NCBI RefSeq assembly: GCF_009914755.1
Contig: NC_060943.1
Source of the DNA: the human T2T-CHM13v2.0 reference genome, Homo sapiens
Length of the DNA stretch: 64,000 bases
Direction: 5' to 3' (one strand)
The notes under the pieces are model-generated. The model saw nothing but the letters and a program-made list of their open reading frames with translations. It searched no databases and was not told the origin of the DNA. This document shows positions 63,701 to 64,000 of this stretch, piece after piece (positions within the stretch are counted from its first letter, which is position 1; every line of letters begins with the position of its first letter). A program made the translations under genes and the position numbers.

Positions 63701-64000
63701 ACACTCTGTTTGTAAAGTCTGCAAGTGGATATTCAGACATCCTTGAGGCTTTCGTTGGAAACGGGATTTCTTCATATTCTGCTAGACAGAAGAATTCTCA
63801 GAAACTTCGTTGTGTTGTGTGTTTTCAACTCACAGAGTTCAACGATCCTTTACACAGAGTAGACTTGAAACACTCTTTTTGTGGAATTGGCAGGGTGGAG
63901 ATTTCAGCCGCTTTGAGGTCAATGGTAGAAAAGGAAATATCTTCGTATAAAAACTAGACAGAGTGATTCTCAGAAACTCCTTTGTGATGTCTGCGTTCAA

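Larger units (their letters stand above)
1..64000 (+). repeat. Centromeric alpha satellite array, SF1 ~340-bp dimer (D1Z7/D5Z2/D19Z3-like, S1C1/5/19H1L)
   Basis: Head-to-tail units recur every 340 or 341 bp (the motif tgattctcagaaactcctttgtgatg starts near 20, 360, 699, 1040 ... 63963). Each unit holds two related ~170-bp monomers with alphoid hallmarks (ttcaactcacagagtt, gaaacactct, gcaagtgga, ttgagg). CENP-B boxes occur in alternate monomers. Length bookkeeping closes exactly: 188 x 340 + 33 single-base insertions - 10 deleted bases = 63943 = 63963 - 20. The family assignment comes from recognising the sequence, not from a database search. Confidence 0.97.

Noticed and set aside
20-63957. 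Hundreds of 60-114 aa ORFs on both strands (MILRNSFVMCAF..., MFPNCSMKRK...)
   Set aside because: They recur with the 340-bp period. Their lengths change through random stop-loss and frameshift variants, and they show no recognisable domain or gene structure. They are satellite translation artefacts and were used here only as variant barcodes.
1-64000. CRISPR-like or other prokaryotic repeat system
   Set aside because: There are no unique spacers and no cas or other genes. The entire unit is repeated and is recognisable alpha satellite.
1-64000. Transposon insertion, inversion or foreign sequence hidden in the array
   Set aside because: Unit starts stay on the same strand at 337-341-bp spacing across the window and the length bookkeeping closes exactly, leaving no room for an insert.
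1-64000. Assignment to a specific chromosome, or to the active kinetochore/CDR
   Set aside because: The chr1, 5 and 19 arrays share this dimer. Assignment needs a k-mer search, and kinetochore position is epigenetic and not visible in sequence.

Overview
The whole 64 kb is one uninterrupted, single-orientation array of primate (almost certainly human) centromeric alpha satellite. It is built from a ~340-bp dimer of two diverged ~170-bp monomers, with one CENP-B box (YTTCGTTGGAARCGGGA) and one EcoRI site per dimer. There are 188 complete dimers between positions 20 and 63962. The sequence matches the suprachromosomal family 1 (J1/J2) dimeric live array shared by chromosomes 1, 5 and 19 (D1Z7/D5Z2/D19Z3, S1C1/5/19H1L); I cannot assign the chromosome by eye. 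I found no genes, RNA genes, transposon insertions, inversions or CRISPR array, and all listed ORFs are by-products of the repeat. I found no new gene-based system. The informative signal is the variant barcode carried by the dimers. It reveals nested in-register duplications (680, 1361, 2381, 2382, 3742 and 7144 bp), dispersed paralogous blocks differing by whole-dimer gains and losses, and a left-to-right homogeneity gradient. It also shows about 26 core-mutated CENP-B boxes, probable micro-conversion events, and a linked haplotype that perfects a hairpin at the A-box. All counts were made by eye with help from the ORF track, and block boundaries are approximate.
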